Below are positions 26,265-35,167 of a stretch of DNA of 64,000 bases, piece after piece. Under the pieces are notes generated by a model that saw only the letters and a program-made list of their open reading frames with translations, ran no database searches and was not told where the DNA came from. Numbering within the stretch: position 1 is the first letter of the stretch; each line of letters opens with the position of its first letter. This stretch comes from Myxococcota bacterium (lineage in GTDB: Bacteria; Myxococcota_A; UBA9160; JAFDDA01). The stretch is taken from NCBI GenBank assembly GCA_965228475.1, contig OZ245817.1:788209-852208 (forward strand). Reading direction: 5' to 3'. Position numbers and translations under genes: made by a program.

Positions 26265-27446
26265 TCAGCCGAGTGTACCGTCCGCGCGCAGGCTCGCGAG
26301 TTCGTCGTCGGCGACGCCGAGCTCGCGTAGCAGCTCTTCCGTGTGCTCGCCGAGCCCGGGGGCGGGGCGGCGCAGCGTCGAGGGCGTGGCGCCGAAGCGG
26401 ACCGCCGGCCGCGGCTCGCGCATGGCGCCGGCGATGGGGTGCACCGACTCGACGATCAGCTCGTTCGCCTGCACCTGGGGGTCGTTCGGGATGTCCTCGC
26501 GCGCGAGGATCGGGGCGCAGGGCACGCCGTTCTCCGAGAGCCGCGCGAGCCAGTGCGCCGAGCTCTCGGTGCGCAACGCTTCGGCGGTGCGTTCGAGGCG
26601 GGCATCGGCGTGCTTCACCCGCCCGGCGGGGGAGGAGAAGCGCTCGTCCTCGAGCCACTCCGGGTGGCCGACGGCGCGGCAGAGCCCCTCCCACTCGGCG
26701 TTCGAGACCGCGCCGGCCGTGATCCAACCATCGCGCGTCTCGAAGACGAGGTCGCGCACCTCGCGCGGGCGCGAGACGCCGACGTCCTTGCCGAGGAACG
26801 TGTGCCGCGCCATGCCCTCGGGCCACATGAAGGCGACGAGTGCGTCGAGCATCGCGAGCTTCACGTGCTGGCCCTGGCCGCTGCGCTCCCGTGCGAAGAG
26901 CGCAGCGGTGATGGCCTGGGACGCGGTCAGGGCCGTGACCTTGTCCGGCACGATCAGGCGGAACATGCGCGGGCGCTCGCCGCCGCCGCGCTGGATGTCC
27001 GCGAGGCCCGAGAGCGCCTGGATCACCGGGTCGTAGACGCGCCGGCCGGCGTAGGGGCCGGTCTCGCCGAAGCCCGAGATCGAGACGTAGACGAGGTCCG
27101 GGCGCAGCGCGCGCAGGGCCTCCTCCCCGAGGCCCATGCGCTCCGCCGTCCCCGGGCGGAAGTTCTGGACGAAGACGTCGGCGGTCGCGACGAGCCGGTG
27201 GAGCAGCGCGACGCCCGCTTCGCGCTTCAGGTCGAGGACCATCGAGCGCTTGTTCCGGTTCGTCGTCGCGAAGATCGGCGCCATGCCGCGGTGGGCGCCG
27301 CCGAGCCCGCGGGTGAGGTCTCCGGTGCCCGGCGGCTCGACCTTCACGACGTCCGCGCCCTGGTCCGCGAGGATCATCGTGGCCATCGGCCCCGAGATCA
27401 TCTGCGTCGCATCGACGATCCGGATGCCCGCGAGCGCGCCGCTCAT
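26265..27446 (-). CDS. Family III CoA-transferase (CaiB/BaiF)
   Basis: ATG at 27446. LAGIRIVDATQMISGPMATMILADQGADVVKVEPP is the N-terminal signature. Confidence 0.8.
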   Translation of the reverse strand: MSGALAGIRIVDATQMISGPMATMILADQGADVVKVEPPGTGDLTRGLGGAHRGMAPIFATTNRNKRSMVLDLKREAGVALLHRLVATADVFVQNFRPGTAERMGLGEEALRALRPDLVYVSISGFGETGPYAGRRVYDPVIQALSGLADIQRGGGERPRMFRLIVPDKVTALTASQAITAALFARERSGQGQHVKLAMLDALVAFMWPEGMARHTFLGKDVGVSRPREVRDLVFETRDGWITAGAVSNAEWEGLCRAVGHPEWLEDERFSSPAGRVKHADARLERTAEALRTESSAHWLARLSENGVPCAPILAREDIPNDPQVQANELIVESVHPIAGAMREPRPAVRFGATPSTLRRPAPGLGEHTEELLRELGVADDELASLRADGTLG

Positions 27447-28075
27447 GCCGGGCCTCCGGGCGTCCAGTCGATCGGGACGTGGCCGGGCAGGGAGGCGATC
27501 CGTTCGTGCCAGCGCTGGACCGCCGGGAACCGCGCGAGCTCGAAGTCGCCCTCTTCGGCGACGTGCGTGTAGGCGTAGAGCGCGACGTCGGCCAGGCTGG
27601 GTGCGCCCGCAACCAGGAAGGGCTCCGTTTCGAGCGCGCCCTCGAGGATGCCGAGGGCGCGGTGCCCGCCTTCGAGCTTCGCCCGGTACTCCTCCCCGAT
27701 CTCCTCCGGAGTCCGGTGAAGTGCGTGGCGCCAGTAGCGCAGGGTGCCGATGAACGGCTCGAGGGAGTACTGCTCGAAGCCCATCCATTCGAGCATGCGC
27801 GCCCGCTCGAAGCGGTCCCTCGGAACCAGATCGCTCCCCTCGGCGAAGTAGAGGCAGATCGCGTGGGACTCGGCCAGGAAGCGGCCCGGCTCGACCTCGC
27901 AGGTGGGGATCTTGCCGTTCGGGTTCATGGCGAGGAACCCGGGCGTGCGCGATTCGCCCCGGGTGATGTCCACCGGGCAGAGATCGAAGGGGATGCCCAG
28001 ATGGTGCAGAACCCAGCGCACCTTGTAGCCGTTCCCCGACGGCAGGTAGTCGTAGAGCCGAACCCGGAAACTCAT
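27443..28075 (-). CDS. Glutathione S-transferase family protein
   Basis: GGAGGA upstream. N-terminal thioredoxin-like domain (NPNGKIPT...ESHAICLY). Overlaps the CoA-transferase start by 4 nt. Confidence 0.8.
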   Translation of the reverse strand: MSFRVRLYDYLPSGNGYKVRWVLHHLGIPFDLCPVDITRGESRTPGFLAMNPNGKIPTCEVEPGRFLAESHAICLYFAEGSDLVPRDRFERARMLEWMGFEQYSLEPFIGTLRYWRHALHRTPEEIGEEYRAKLEGGHRALGILEGALETEPFLVAGAPSLADVALYAYTHVAEEGDFELARFPAVQRWHERIASLPGHVPIDWTPGGPA

Positions 28076-28163
28076 GGTCCTCCGCGCGGATCGCGAGCCT
28101 GGGCCGGCATCATACTGCGGGAGGAACGGTTCGGTTATCTTGCCCCGACGATTGGGGGGACGG

Positions 28164-29030
28164 GTGTCGAGAGGTCTGCTTGCAGTCGGTGTCGTGGTGG
28201 TCCTGCTGGTCGGGGTGCCGCTCTACTACGTGGACTCGCTGGCCAAGGATGCCCTCGAGCGCGGCGCCACCGAATCCTTCGGCACGAAGACGACGCTCGG
28301 CTCCGTACGGCTCGGCCTGCTCTCGGGGCAGGTCGGCCTCGGCAACCTGCGCGTCCGCAACCCGGAAGGGTTCGACGCGCGCAACTTCTTCGAGATCGGG
28401 AAGGGGCGCTTCTCGGTCGGCCTCGGCGACTTCCTCGAGGAAGAGGTGAAGGTCGACCAGCTCGTCCTCGAGAACCTCTCGCTTTCGCTCGAGCGGCGCG
28501 CCGGGAGCAGCAACTACGGCACCGTGCTCGAGAACATGCGCCGGCAGCCGCCGCCGGACCCCGAGAATCCGGGCAAGCGGTTCGTGATCGACGATCTGCG
28601 CATCCAGAACGTCACCGCGAACCTCCGCTTCGAAGCCCCGGGTGGCATCGGGAAGGATCTCGAAGTGCTGATCCCCGAGATCCGCCTGCGTCAGGTCGGT
28701 TCGGACAGCGAGGGCGGCGTGATCGTCTCGCAGCTCTGGGGGACGGTGCTGCGCGCGGTGCTCGCCGCCGTCGTGCGGGGCGGGGGCGGCGTCGCCGGCT
28801 TCATCACCCAGGACCTCGCCGGGAGCCTCGGCCGGCTCGGGCACGTCCCGATCGAACTCGTCGGCGACGTGACGCGCACGGGTGCAGGGGTCGTGAAGGG
28901 CGGTGCCTCCCTGGCGAAGGAGGGCGCCGAACGCGTGCTCGAAGGGGCGGGGGACGCCGCCGGGGGCCTGATCGACGCCGGCGGGGCCGTGCGCGACGGG
29001 CTCGGGGGCCTGCTCGACCGCAAGGACTGA
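28164..29030 (+). CDS. Membrane-anchored hypothetical protein (AsmA-N-like architecture)
   Basis: GTG at 28164 follows a G-rich SD. N-terminal TM helix, then repetitive beta-rich segments and a Gly-rich tail. The family call is weak. Confidence 0.4.
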   Translation: MSRGLLAVGVVVVLLVGVPLYYVDSLAKDALERGATESFGTKTTLGSVRLGLLSGQVGLGNLRVRNPEGFDARNFFEIGKGRFSVGLGDFLEEEVKVDQLVLENLSLSLERRAGSSNYGTVLENMRRQPPPDPENPGKRFVIDDLRIQNVTANLRFEAPGGIGKDLEVLIPEIRLRQVGSDSEGGVIVSQLWGTVLRAVLAAVVRGGGGVAGFITQDLAGSLGRLGHVPIELVGDVTRTGAGVVKGGASLAKEGAERVLEGAGDAAGGLIDAGGAVRDGLGGLLDRKD

Positions 29031-29034
29031 GGCC

Positions 29035-29541
29035 ATGTACCGGATCCGCCCGGCCACCGACGAGGACACCGAACACCTGCCCGCGATCGAGCTCGCGGCC
29101 GGGAAGGCCTTCGCCGCGACGGAGGAGGACCTCGGCGTCGAGGAGCTCGGCGATGCGGATTGGTTTCGCCGCTCCCAGCGGGAAGGGCTGCTCTTCGTCG
29201 CCGTCGACGAACGGGACGCCCCGGTGGCATTCGCCTTCTTCGAGGCTTTTCCCGAGAGCCTCCACCTCGAAGAGATCGACGTGCACCCGGATCACGCCGG
29301 CCACCGCCTCGGCGCGCGGCTGATCGAAGCCGGGGTTCCCGCCGCCGGCGAGCGAGGCCTCACGCGCATGACGCTCACGACCTTCCGCGAGGTGCCGTGG
29401 AACGCGCCGTACTACGCGCGCCTCGGGTTTCGCGAGCTGCCGCGCGAGGCGTGGACGGCGGCGATCCGCGAGCGTGTCGCCCACGAAGCGGAGCACGGCC
29501 TCGACCCGGCGCGGCGGCTCGTGATGGTGCGCGATCTCTGA
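29035..29541 (+). CDS. GNAT family N-acetyltransferase
   Basis: 168 aa. HPDHAGHRLGARLIE is an acetyl-CoA binding-type motif. Confidence 0.7.
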   Translation: MYRIRPATDEDTEHLPAIELAAGKAFAATEEDLGVEELGDADWFRRSQREGLLFVAVDERDAPVAFAFFEAFPESLHLEEIDVHPDHAGHRLGARLIEAGVPAAGERGLTRMTLTTFREVPWNAPYYARLGFRELPREAWTAAIRERVAHEAEHGLDPARRLVMVRDL

Positions 29542-29552
29542 CCTTGGCCGGG

Positions 29553-30023
29553 TCAGTCCTCGAAGTCCTCGCGCGCGGGCAGGCGGTAGAGGAACGTGAC
29601 GAGGGCGACGCCGGTGGCCAGGAGCAGCACGCGAAGCCACGTCGCTTCCGCGAAGAACACGACCGAACTCCCGAGCACGACCACGATCGAGACGATGCCG
29701 GTCCAGCGGGGCCGTTTGCGGATGGCCCGGTGGCTCTGCCAATCGCGGATCAGGGGGCCGAAGATGCGGTTCGTCACCAGCCAGTCGTAGAAGCCTTCGG
29801 AGGAGCGTGCGAAGCAGGCCGCCGCGACCAGCAGGAACGGGGTCGTCGGAAGGATCGGCAGGGCGACGCCTGCGACCGCGAGGCCGACGAAGATCCAGCC
29901 CAGGGCGAGCAGCACCCAGCGCAGGGGCCCGTGGACGATCTTCGGGCGTTCCGCCCCGGGAGCCCCTGCGGTCGCCCCCGGTGTCTCCCCGGAAGTCCGG
30001 TCCTGTCGCGGCCCCTGGTTCAT
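29553..30023 (-). CDS. DUF454 (YbaN-like) inner membrane protein
   Basis: ATG at 30023. LPILPTTPFLLVAAACFARSSEGFYDWLVTNRIFGPLIRDW is the family signature. Confidence 0.75.
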   Translation of the reverse strand: MNQGPRQDRTSGETPGATAGAPGAERPKIVHGPLRWVLLALGWIFVGLAVAGVALPILPTTPFLLVAAACFARSSEGFYDWLVTNRIFGPLIRDWQSHRAIRKRPRWTGIVSIVVVLGSSVVFFAEATWLRVLLLATGVALVTFLYRLPAREDFED

Positions 30024-30056
30024 CGGTGCAAAGCAGGATACAAGTTCGTTCGCACC

Positions 30057-31019
30057 ATGCCGGAACCCACCTACGCCGCCGATCTCGCCGCCGTCCGCGC
30101 CGCTGCGGAGCGCCTCGCGGGCGTGGCGCACCGCACGCCGGTGGCGACCTGCACGACCCTCGACGAGCGCGCCGGGCGCAAGCTCTTCTTCAAGTGCGAG
30201 CATCTCCAGAAGGTCGGGGCCTTCAAGTTCCGCGGGGCGTGGAACGCCGTGTCCTGCCTCGCCGAGGCCGCGGCGGAGGCCGGTGTGGTGACCCACAGCT
30301 CGGGGAACCACGGTCAGGCCCTCGCCCTGGCGGCGCGCATGCGCGGGATCCCGGCGTACGTCGTGGTCCCCGCCAACGCGACCCAGGCCAAGAAGGACGC
30401 GATCCGGGGCTACGGGGGCACGGTCATCGAGTGCGAACCGAACCTCGCCGCACGCGACGAGGTCGCCGCGCGCGTGCTCGAGGAGACCGGCGGGGCCTTC
30501 ATTCCGCCCTACGACCACGCGGACATCATCGCGGGCCAGGGCACGGCGGCGCTCGAACTCTTCGAGCAGGTGCCGGGGCTCGACGCGGTCGTCGCGCCGA
30601 TCGGCGGGGGAGGGCTCCTCTCGGGCACCGTCCTCGCCCTGCGCGAACTCGCGCCCGAGGTTCGCCTCTTCGGCGCCGAACCCGCGACGGCCGACGACGC
30701 CGCGCGATCGCTGGCGGCCGGGACCCTCCTCGAGCCCGGCCCGCCCGACACGATCGCGGACGGCCTGCTCGCCGGCCTCGGGGAACACACCTGGCCTCCG
30801 ATCCGCGACGGCGTCGAAGCGATCTTCGTCCTCGACGACGCCGAAAGCGTGGCGGCCATGCGCCTTTGTTGGGAGCGCGCGAAGCTGCTCATCGAGCCGA
30901 GCGCCGCGGTCGCCGTCGCCGCCGTTCTCTCGGAACCGTTCCGCGCGCTCGACGGCATCGAGCGGGTCGGGGTGATACTCTCCGGCGGAAACCTCGACCT
31001 CGACCACCTGCCCTGGTGA
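30057..31019 (+). CDS. PLP-dependent serine/threonine dehydratase or serine racemase-like enzyme
   Basis: PLP lysine context KVGAFKFRGA, HSSGNHGQALA, and a Gly loop PIGGGGLLSG. Confidence 0.8.
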   Translation: MPEPTYAADLAAVRAAAERLAGVAHRTPVATCTTLDERAGRKLFFKCEHLQKVGAFKFRGAWNAVSCLAEAAAEAGVVTHSSGNHGQALALAARMRGIPAYVVVPANATQAKKDAIRGYGGTVIECEPNLAARDEVAARVLEETGGAFIPPYDHADIIAGQGTAALELFEQVPGLDAVVAPIGGGGLLSGTVLALRELAPEVRLFGAEPATADDAARSLAAGTLLEPGPPDTIADGLLAGLGEHTWPPIRDGVEAIFVLDDAESVAAMRLCWERAKLLIEPSAAVAVAAVLSEPFRALDGIERVGVILSGGNLDLDHLPW

Positions 31020-31023
31020 CGCC

Positions 31024-31386
31024 ATGCCGCTTCCCGCCGAAACCATCCTTCTGCTGCACAACCCCCGCTGCTCGAAGAGCCGCGCGACCCACGCCCTGCT
31101 CGTCGAGCGCGGCGTCGCCTTCGAGGAACGTCGCTACCTCGACGATCCGCTCTCGCGCGAGGAGCTCGAAGACCTCGCGAAGCGGCTCTCCCGCCCGGCG
31201 CGCGAGTGGGTGCGCAAGGGAGAGGAGGCGTTCAAGAAGGCGGGCCTCACCGCGGACTCCCCGGATGCGGAGTTGCTCGAGGCGATCGCACGGGAACCGA
31301 TCCTGCTCGAGCGTCCCATCGTCGTCCGCGGCCCCCGGGCTCGCGTCGGGCGCCCGCCCGAGGACGTGCTCGAGCTGCTCGACTGA
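31024..31386 (+). CDS. arsC: Arsenate reductase, glutaredoxin-type ArsC family
   Basis: LLHNPRCSKSR catalytic Cys context and ILLERPIVV...VGRPPEDVLELL, as in R773-type ArsC. Confidence 0.7.
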   Translation: MPLPAETILLLHNPRCSKSRATHALLVERGVAFEERRYLDDPLSREELEDLAKRLSRPAREWVRKGEEAFKKAGLTADSPDAELLEAIAREPILLERPIVVRGPRARVGRPPEDVLELLD

Positions 31387-31388
31387 CC

Positions 31389-31925
31389 TTGGACGAAGGC
31401 GAGAAGCGCTACTGGCAGGGTCTCGTCCGCGGCGGGCCGAGGCAGATCGTGCGACCCGGACCGGGCCAGGAATCCGTCTGGGACTATCCGCGGCCGCCCC
31501 GGCTCGAACCCGCCACGCGCCCCGTGCGCGTGTGCTTCGCGGGCGCCGAGATCGCGCGAACCGAACGCGCACTGCGCGTCTGCGAGACCGCCTCGCCGCC
31601 CACCTACTACGTACCCCTCGCCGACGTCGACCGCGGGCGGCTCACGCCCTCGCGGCTTCGCACGTTCTGCGAGTGGAAGGGCGAGGCGCACTACTGGCAC
31701 GTCGAGGTCGATGGCCAGCGCGGTGAGGACGTCGCCTGGAGCTACCCGGACCCCACGCCCGAGTACGCGGCGCTGCGCGAATGCCTGGCGTTCTTTCCCG
31801 GCCGCGTCGAAGCCTGGCTGGGCGAAGAGCGGGTGAAGCCGCAGCCGGGCCCCTTCTACGGCGGCTGGGTGACCGACGACGTGGTCGGCCCGTTCAAGGG
31901 GGAGCCCGGCACAGGGCACTGGTAG
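31389..31925 (+). CDS. DUF427 domain protein
   Basis: FCEWKGEAHYW and VAWSYPDP motifs. The start is uncertain (TTG at 31389). Confidence 0.6.
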   Translation: MDEGEKRYWQGLVRGGPRQIVRPGPGQESVWDYPRPPRLEPATRPVRVCFAGAEIARTERALRVCETASPPTYYVPLADVDRGRLTPSRLRTFCEWKGEAHYWHVEVDGQRGEDVAWSYPDPTPEYAALRECLAFFPGRVEAWLGEERVKPQPGPFYGGWVTDDVVGPFKGEPGTGHW

Positions 31926-31953
31926 CTTCGGGCGGCACTGGTAGCATCCTCGG

Positions 31954-33180
31954 GTGCTGGCCGAACGCTTCGAACGCATCCGAGCCGCCAGCGAAGCGCT
32001 CGCCGCTCCGCTCTCTCCCGAAGACTGCTCCGCGCAGTCGATGCCCGACGCGAGCCCCGTGAAGTGGCACCTTGCCCACACGAGCTGGTTCTTCGAGACC
32101 TTCGTGCTCGAGCCGGCCGGAGCGGAGCCCTTCGACCCGGCCTTCCGGGTCCTCTTCAACTCGTACTACCAAAGCGTGGGGCCTCAGCATGCGCGGCCCG
32201 CGCGCGGGCTCCTGACGCGGCCCGGCCTCGAGACCGTGCTCGCCTACCGTCGTCACGTCACGGACGCCGTCGCGGCGCGGCTCGCCGACGGCGTCTCCGC
32301 CGAGGTGACGGAGATCGTCGAGATCGGTCTCCATCACGAGCAGCAGCATCAGGAGCTCCTGCTCACGGACGTGCTGCACCTGTTCTCGTGCAACCCGACG
32401 GACCCGGCCTATGCCGCGCCGTCCGTTCGCCCGGACGCGAAGCCGACGCGCCTGCAGTGGCACCGGCGGGGCGAGGGGCTGATCGAGGTCGGTCACGCGG
32501 GTGCGGGTTTCGCCTTCGACAACGAAGGGCCGCGCCACAAGGTCTACGTGCCGGGCTTCGAGCTGGCGTCGCGCCTCGTGACCAACCGGGAGTATCGCGA
32601 CTTCATCGAGGACGGCGGCTACCGTCGCCCGGACCTCTGGCTTTCCGACGGCTGGGCCGTCGTGCAGGAACGTGGCTGGCAGTCACCGCTCTACTGGGAG
32701 CAGGACGGCGCCGTCCCGACCCAGCTCGGCCTGCACGGCCGGCGCGAGGTCGCCGAGCACGAGCCCGTGTGCCACGTCAGCTACTACGAGGCCGACGCCT
32801 ACGCGCGCTGGGCCGGCGCACGTCTCCCGACCGAAGAGGAGTGGGAGTCCGTCGCGGCCGAGCAGCCGGTCGAGGGGAACTTCGTCGAGAGCGGTGCGTT
32901 GGCCCCGGCCGGCGCCTCCGAGCGGCAGGAAGGGCCGAGCCAGCTCTTCGGCGATTGCTGGGAGTGGACGCGCTCGCCCTACGTTCCCTACCCGGGGTAC
33001 GCGCCGCCGCCCGGAGCCCTCGGCGAATACAACGGCAAGTTCATGGCCAACCAGATGGTGCTGCGCGGCGGCTCGTGCGTGACGCCCGGCGATCACGTGC
33101 GCGCGACCTACCGGAACTTCTTCTTCCCCGACGCCCGCTGGCAGTGGAGCGGGATCCGGCTCGCCCGCGACGCCGCGTGA
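31954..33180 (+). CDS. egtB: EgtB-like sulfoxide synthase (DinB-like N-domain plus FGE-sulfatase-like C-domain)
   Basis: VKWHLAHTSWFFETFVL, HHEQQHQELLLTD, and C-terminal WEWT...GKFMANQMVLRGGSCVTP are typical of ergothioneine EgtB. Confidence 0.75.
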   Translation: MLAERFERIRAASEALAAPLSPEDCSAQSMPDASPVKWHLAHTSWFFETFVLEPAGAEPFDPAFRVLFNSYYQSVGPQHARPARGLLTRPGLETVLAYRRHVTDAVAARLADGVSAEVTEIVEIGLHHEQQHQELLLTDVLHLFSCNPTDPAYAAPSVRPDAKPTRLQWHRRGEGLIEVGHAGAGFAFDNEGPRHKVYVPGFELASRLVTNREYRDFIEDGGYRRPDLWLSDGWAVVQERGWQSPLYWEQDGAVPTQLGLHGRREVAEHEPVCHVSYYEADAYARWAGARLPTEEEWESVAAEQPVEGNFVESGALAPAGASERQEGPSQLFGDCWEWTRSPYVPYPGYAPPPGALGEYNGKFMANQMVLRGGSCVTPGDHVRATYRNFFFPDARWQWSGIRLARDAA

Positions 33181-33617
33181 GCGGCGGCGCGACGTCGTTT
33201 GCGGTCCGCCCCTTCCGCGATGCGGACGAGGCCGCAGTGAGCGCGCTGTGGCTCGAGGTCTTCGGTGAGCCACAGCCCCGCAACGCGCCGCCGCGCGTGA
33301 TCGAGCAGAAGCGCCACGTCCAGCCCGAGCTCTTCCTCGTCGCGGAGCAGGGCGGCGAGATCGTCGGGACCACGCTCGCCGGGGACGACGGGCACCGGGG
33401 TTGGCTTCACCTGGTGGCGGTCTCGCCCGCCCACCAGCGTGGAGCGGTCGGCGCGGCGCTGGTCCGCGAGGCGGTCGCGCGCCTGCGCGCGCGAGGCGTC
33501 TCGAAGGTGAACCTCCAGGTCCGCGGCGACAACGCCGGCGTCGTCCGCTTCTACGAGGGGCTCGGGTTCGAAGTCGAGGATCGCATCAGCCTCGGCCTCT
33601 GCCTCGACGCCGACTGA
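33177..33617 (+). CDS. GNAT family N-acetyltransferase
   Basis: The GTG start overlaps the egtB stop (GTGA). HQRGAVGAALVREAVARLRARG...FYEGLGFE. Confidence 0.7.
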   Translation: MSGGATSFAVRPFRDADEAAVSALWLEVFGEPQPRNAPPRVIEQKRHVQPELFLVAEQGGEIVGTTLAGDDGHRGWLHLVAVSPAHQRGAVGAALVREAVARLRARGVSKVNLQVRGDNAGVVRFYEGLGFEVEDRISLGLCLDAD

Positions 33618-33627
33618 GCCGCAAGCC

Positions 33628-34503
33628 GTGGACGTCCGCGAGGTCGAAGTCCGCTCGATCCTGACGCGCGCCTCCGGCTATCTCGACGGCGTCTGTTCGC
33701 ACTCGCTCCAGCCCTATCGCGGCTGCAGCTTCGGCCGCTCCCTGTGCGGGGTCGGCTGCTACGTGCAGCACAACCGCTTCGTGACCGGGGGGCGCCCATG
33801 GGGAAGCTTCCTCGACGTCCGCACCAACGCCGCCGAGTCCTACCGCGCCCGGGCGCCGGCCGAGCGGCGCTGGGCGCGGGCGAAGCGGGGCGGCTTCGCC
33901 ATCTTCCTCTCGAGCGCGACGGATCCCTTCCTCCCCCAGGAGGCGCGCTACGGCGTGACGGCGCGGCTGCTCGAGGCCATGCAGGCGGAGCCGCCGGACG
34001 TGCTGATCGTGCAGACGCACTCCGCGGCCGTCGCGGACCACGGGGATGCGCTGGCGGCGCTCGCGGCACGCTGCGACCTCCGCGTGCACGTCTCGGTCGA
34101 GAGCGATCGTGAGCGGATCCCCGGTCTGCCGCCGCCGGCGAGCCCGGTCGCCGCGCGCATCGCGGCGGCGCGGGCGCTGCGCGCCCGGGGGCTGCGCGTC
34201 GTCGCGACCGTCGCGCCGCTCCTGCCCATCGAGCGGCCCGAAGTCTTCTTCGAGACGCTCGGCGAAGCCTTCGACGCCGTCGTGATCGACCACTTCATCG
34301 GCGGGGACGGCTCGCGCGGCGGCTCCCGGACGCGGCGCACGGCGCTGCCTGGAGCGATCGAGGCCCTTCACCGCGGTGCGGCCGGGCTCGCCTACCGCGA
34401 CGAAATCCTCGCGCTCGCGTGCCGCCGCCTGCCGGGCCGGGTGGGCGTCGGCCCGGACGGGTTCGCCGGGCGTTTCCTTCCCGCCGATGGATGCGTACCC
34501 TGA
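33628..34503 (+). CDS. Radical-SAM-like protein of the SPL/COG1533 type with non-canonical Cys spacing
   Basis: LQPYRGCSFGRSLCGVGCYV gives C-x6-C-x3-C where CxxxCxxC is expected. The layout (SSATDPFLPQE, VQTHS, VAPLLP) resembles photoproduct-lyase-like proteins. Confidence 0.5.
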   Translation: MDVREVEVRSILTRASGYLDGVCSHSLQPYRGCSFGRSLCGVGCYVQHNRFVTGGRPWGSFLDVRTNAAESYRARAPAERRWARAKRGGFAIFLSSATDPFLPQEARYGVTARLLEAMQAEPPDVLIVQTHSAAVADHGDALAALAARCDLRVHVSVESDRERIPGLPPPASPVAARIAAARALRARGLRVVATVAPLLPIERPEVFFETLGEAFDAVVIDHFIGGDGSRGGSRTRRTALPGAIEALHRGAAGLAYRDEILALACRRLPGRVGVGPDGFAGRFLPADGCVP

Positions 34504-34741
34504 CCGCGTGAGTTCCGAACGCCCCGAGACGTCCCGCCAAGCGAACGAAGCGCCGCACGACGCGAACGACCCGCTCTGCCCGCTGTGCGGCGACGCCGTG
34601 CCGTGCGGGAGCGTGCGGGGCGATGCGCGCTGCTGGTGCATGGAGCACCCCGCGCCGCCGCCGGACCCGGCGCTTCCTCCGGACGCGTGCCTCTGCGAGC
34701 GTTGCTTGAAGGCACGCCTCGCCGAACGGGCCGGCCGCTAG
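34487..34741 (+). CDS. Cysteine-rich CWC family small protein
   Basis: CPLCGDAVPCG...ARCWCME...CLCERC. Overlaps the upstream gene by 17 nt. Confidence 0.6.
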   Translation: MDAYPDRVSSERPETSRQANEAPHDANDPLCPLCGDAVPCGSVRGDARCWCMEHPAPPPDPALPPDACLCERCLKARLAERAGR

Positions 34742-35148
34742 TGGTGCGCCGGATCGAGGTCGGCGGGGAAGGGCCCGGGCTCCACGAGTTCACGGACGCC
34801 GTCGCGCGCGCCGTCGGTGAAGCCGGCGTCGAGGACGGCCTCTGCACCGTCTTCCTCCCCCACACCTCGGCGAGCCTCACCATCCAGGAGAACGCCGACC
34901 CGTCGGCGCGCCGGGACCTCGAAGCCTTCCTCGCGCGCCTCGTGCCCGAGGGCGATCCGCTCTACACGCACACCCTCGAAGGCCCGGACGACATGCCCGC
35001 CCACGTGCGCGCGGCGCTCACGGCGACGTCGCTCTCGATTCCGGTCGAACGGGGCCGGCTCGCGCTCGGCACCTGGCAGGGGATCTATCTCTGGGAGCAC
35101 CGGCGCCGCGCCGGTCGGCGCGAGGTGGTGATCCACGTCGGCGAATAG
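34741..35148 (+). CDS. YjbQ/UPF0047 family protein (secondary thiamine-phosphate synthase-like)
   Basis: LPHTSASLTIQENADP...DDMPAHVRAALT...LGTWQGIYLWEHR signature. The GTG start overlaps the upstream TAG by 1 nt. Confidence 0.75.
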   Translation: MVRRIEVGGEGPGLHEFTDAVARAVGEAGVEDGLCTVFLPHTSASLTIQENADPSARRDLEAFLARLVPEGDPLYTHTLEGPDDMPAHVRAALTATSLSIPVERGRLALGTWQGIYLWEHRRRAGRREVVIHVGE

Positions 35149-35167
35149 CCGGGGGTGGCTCGCGCGC

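Noticed and set aside
31024-34503. Organoarsenical (arsinothricin-like) cluster suggested by ArsC, GNAT and a radical-SAM-like gene
   Set aside because: There is no ArsM-type methyltransferase, ArsR, ArsB/Acr3 or permease. The radical-SAM-like protein looks SPL/COG1533-like rather than ArsL-like. The evidence is only the co-occurrence of common families.
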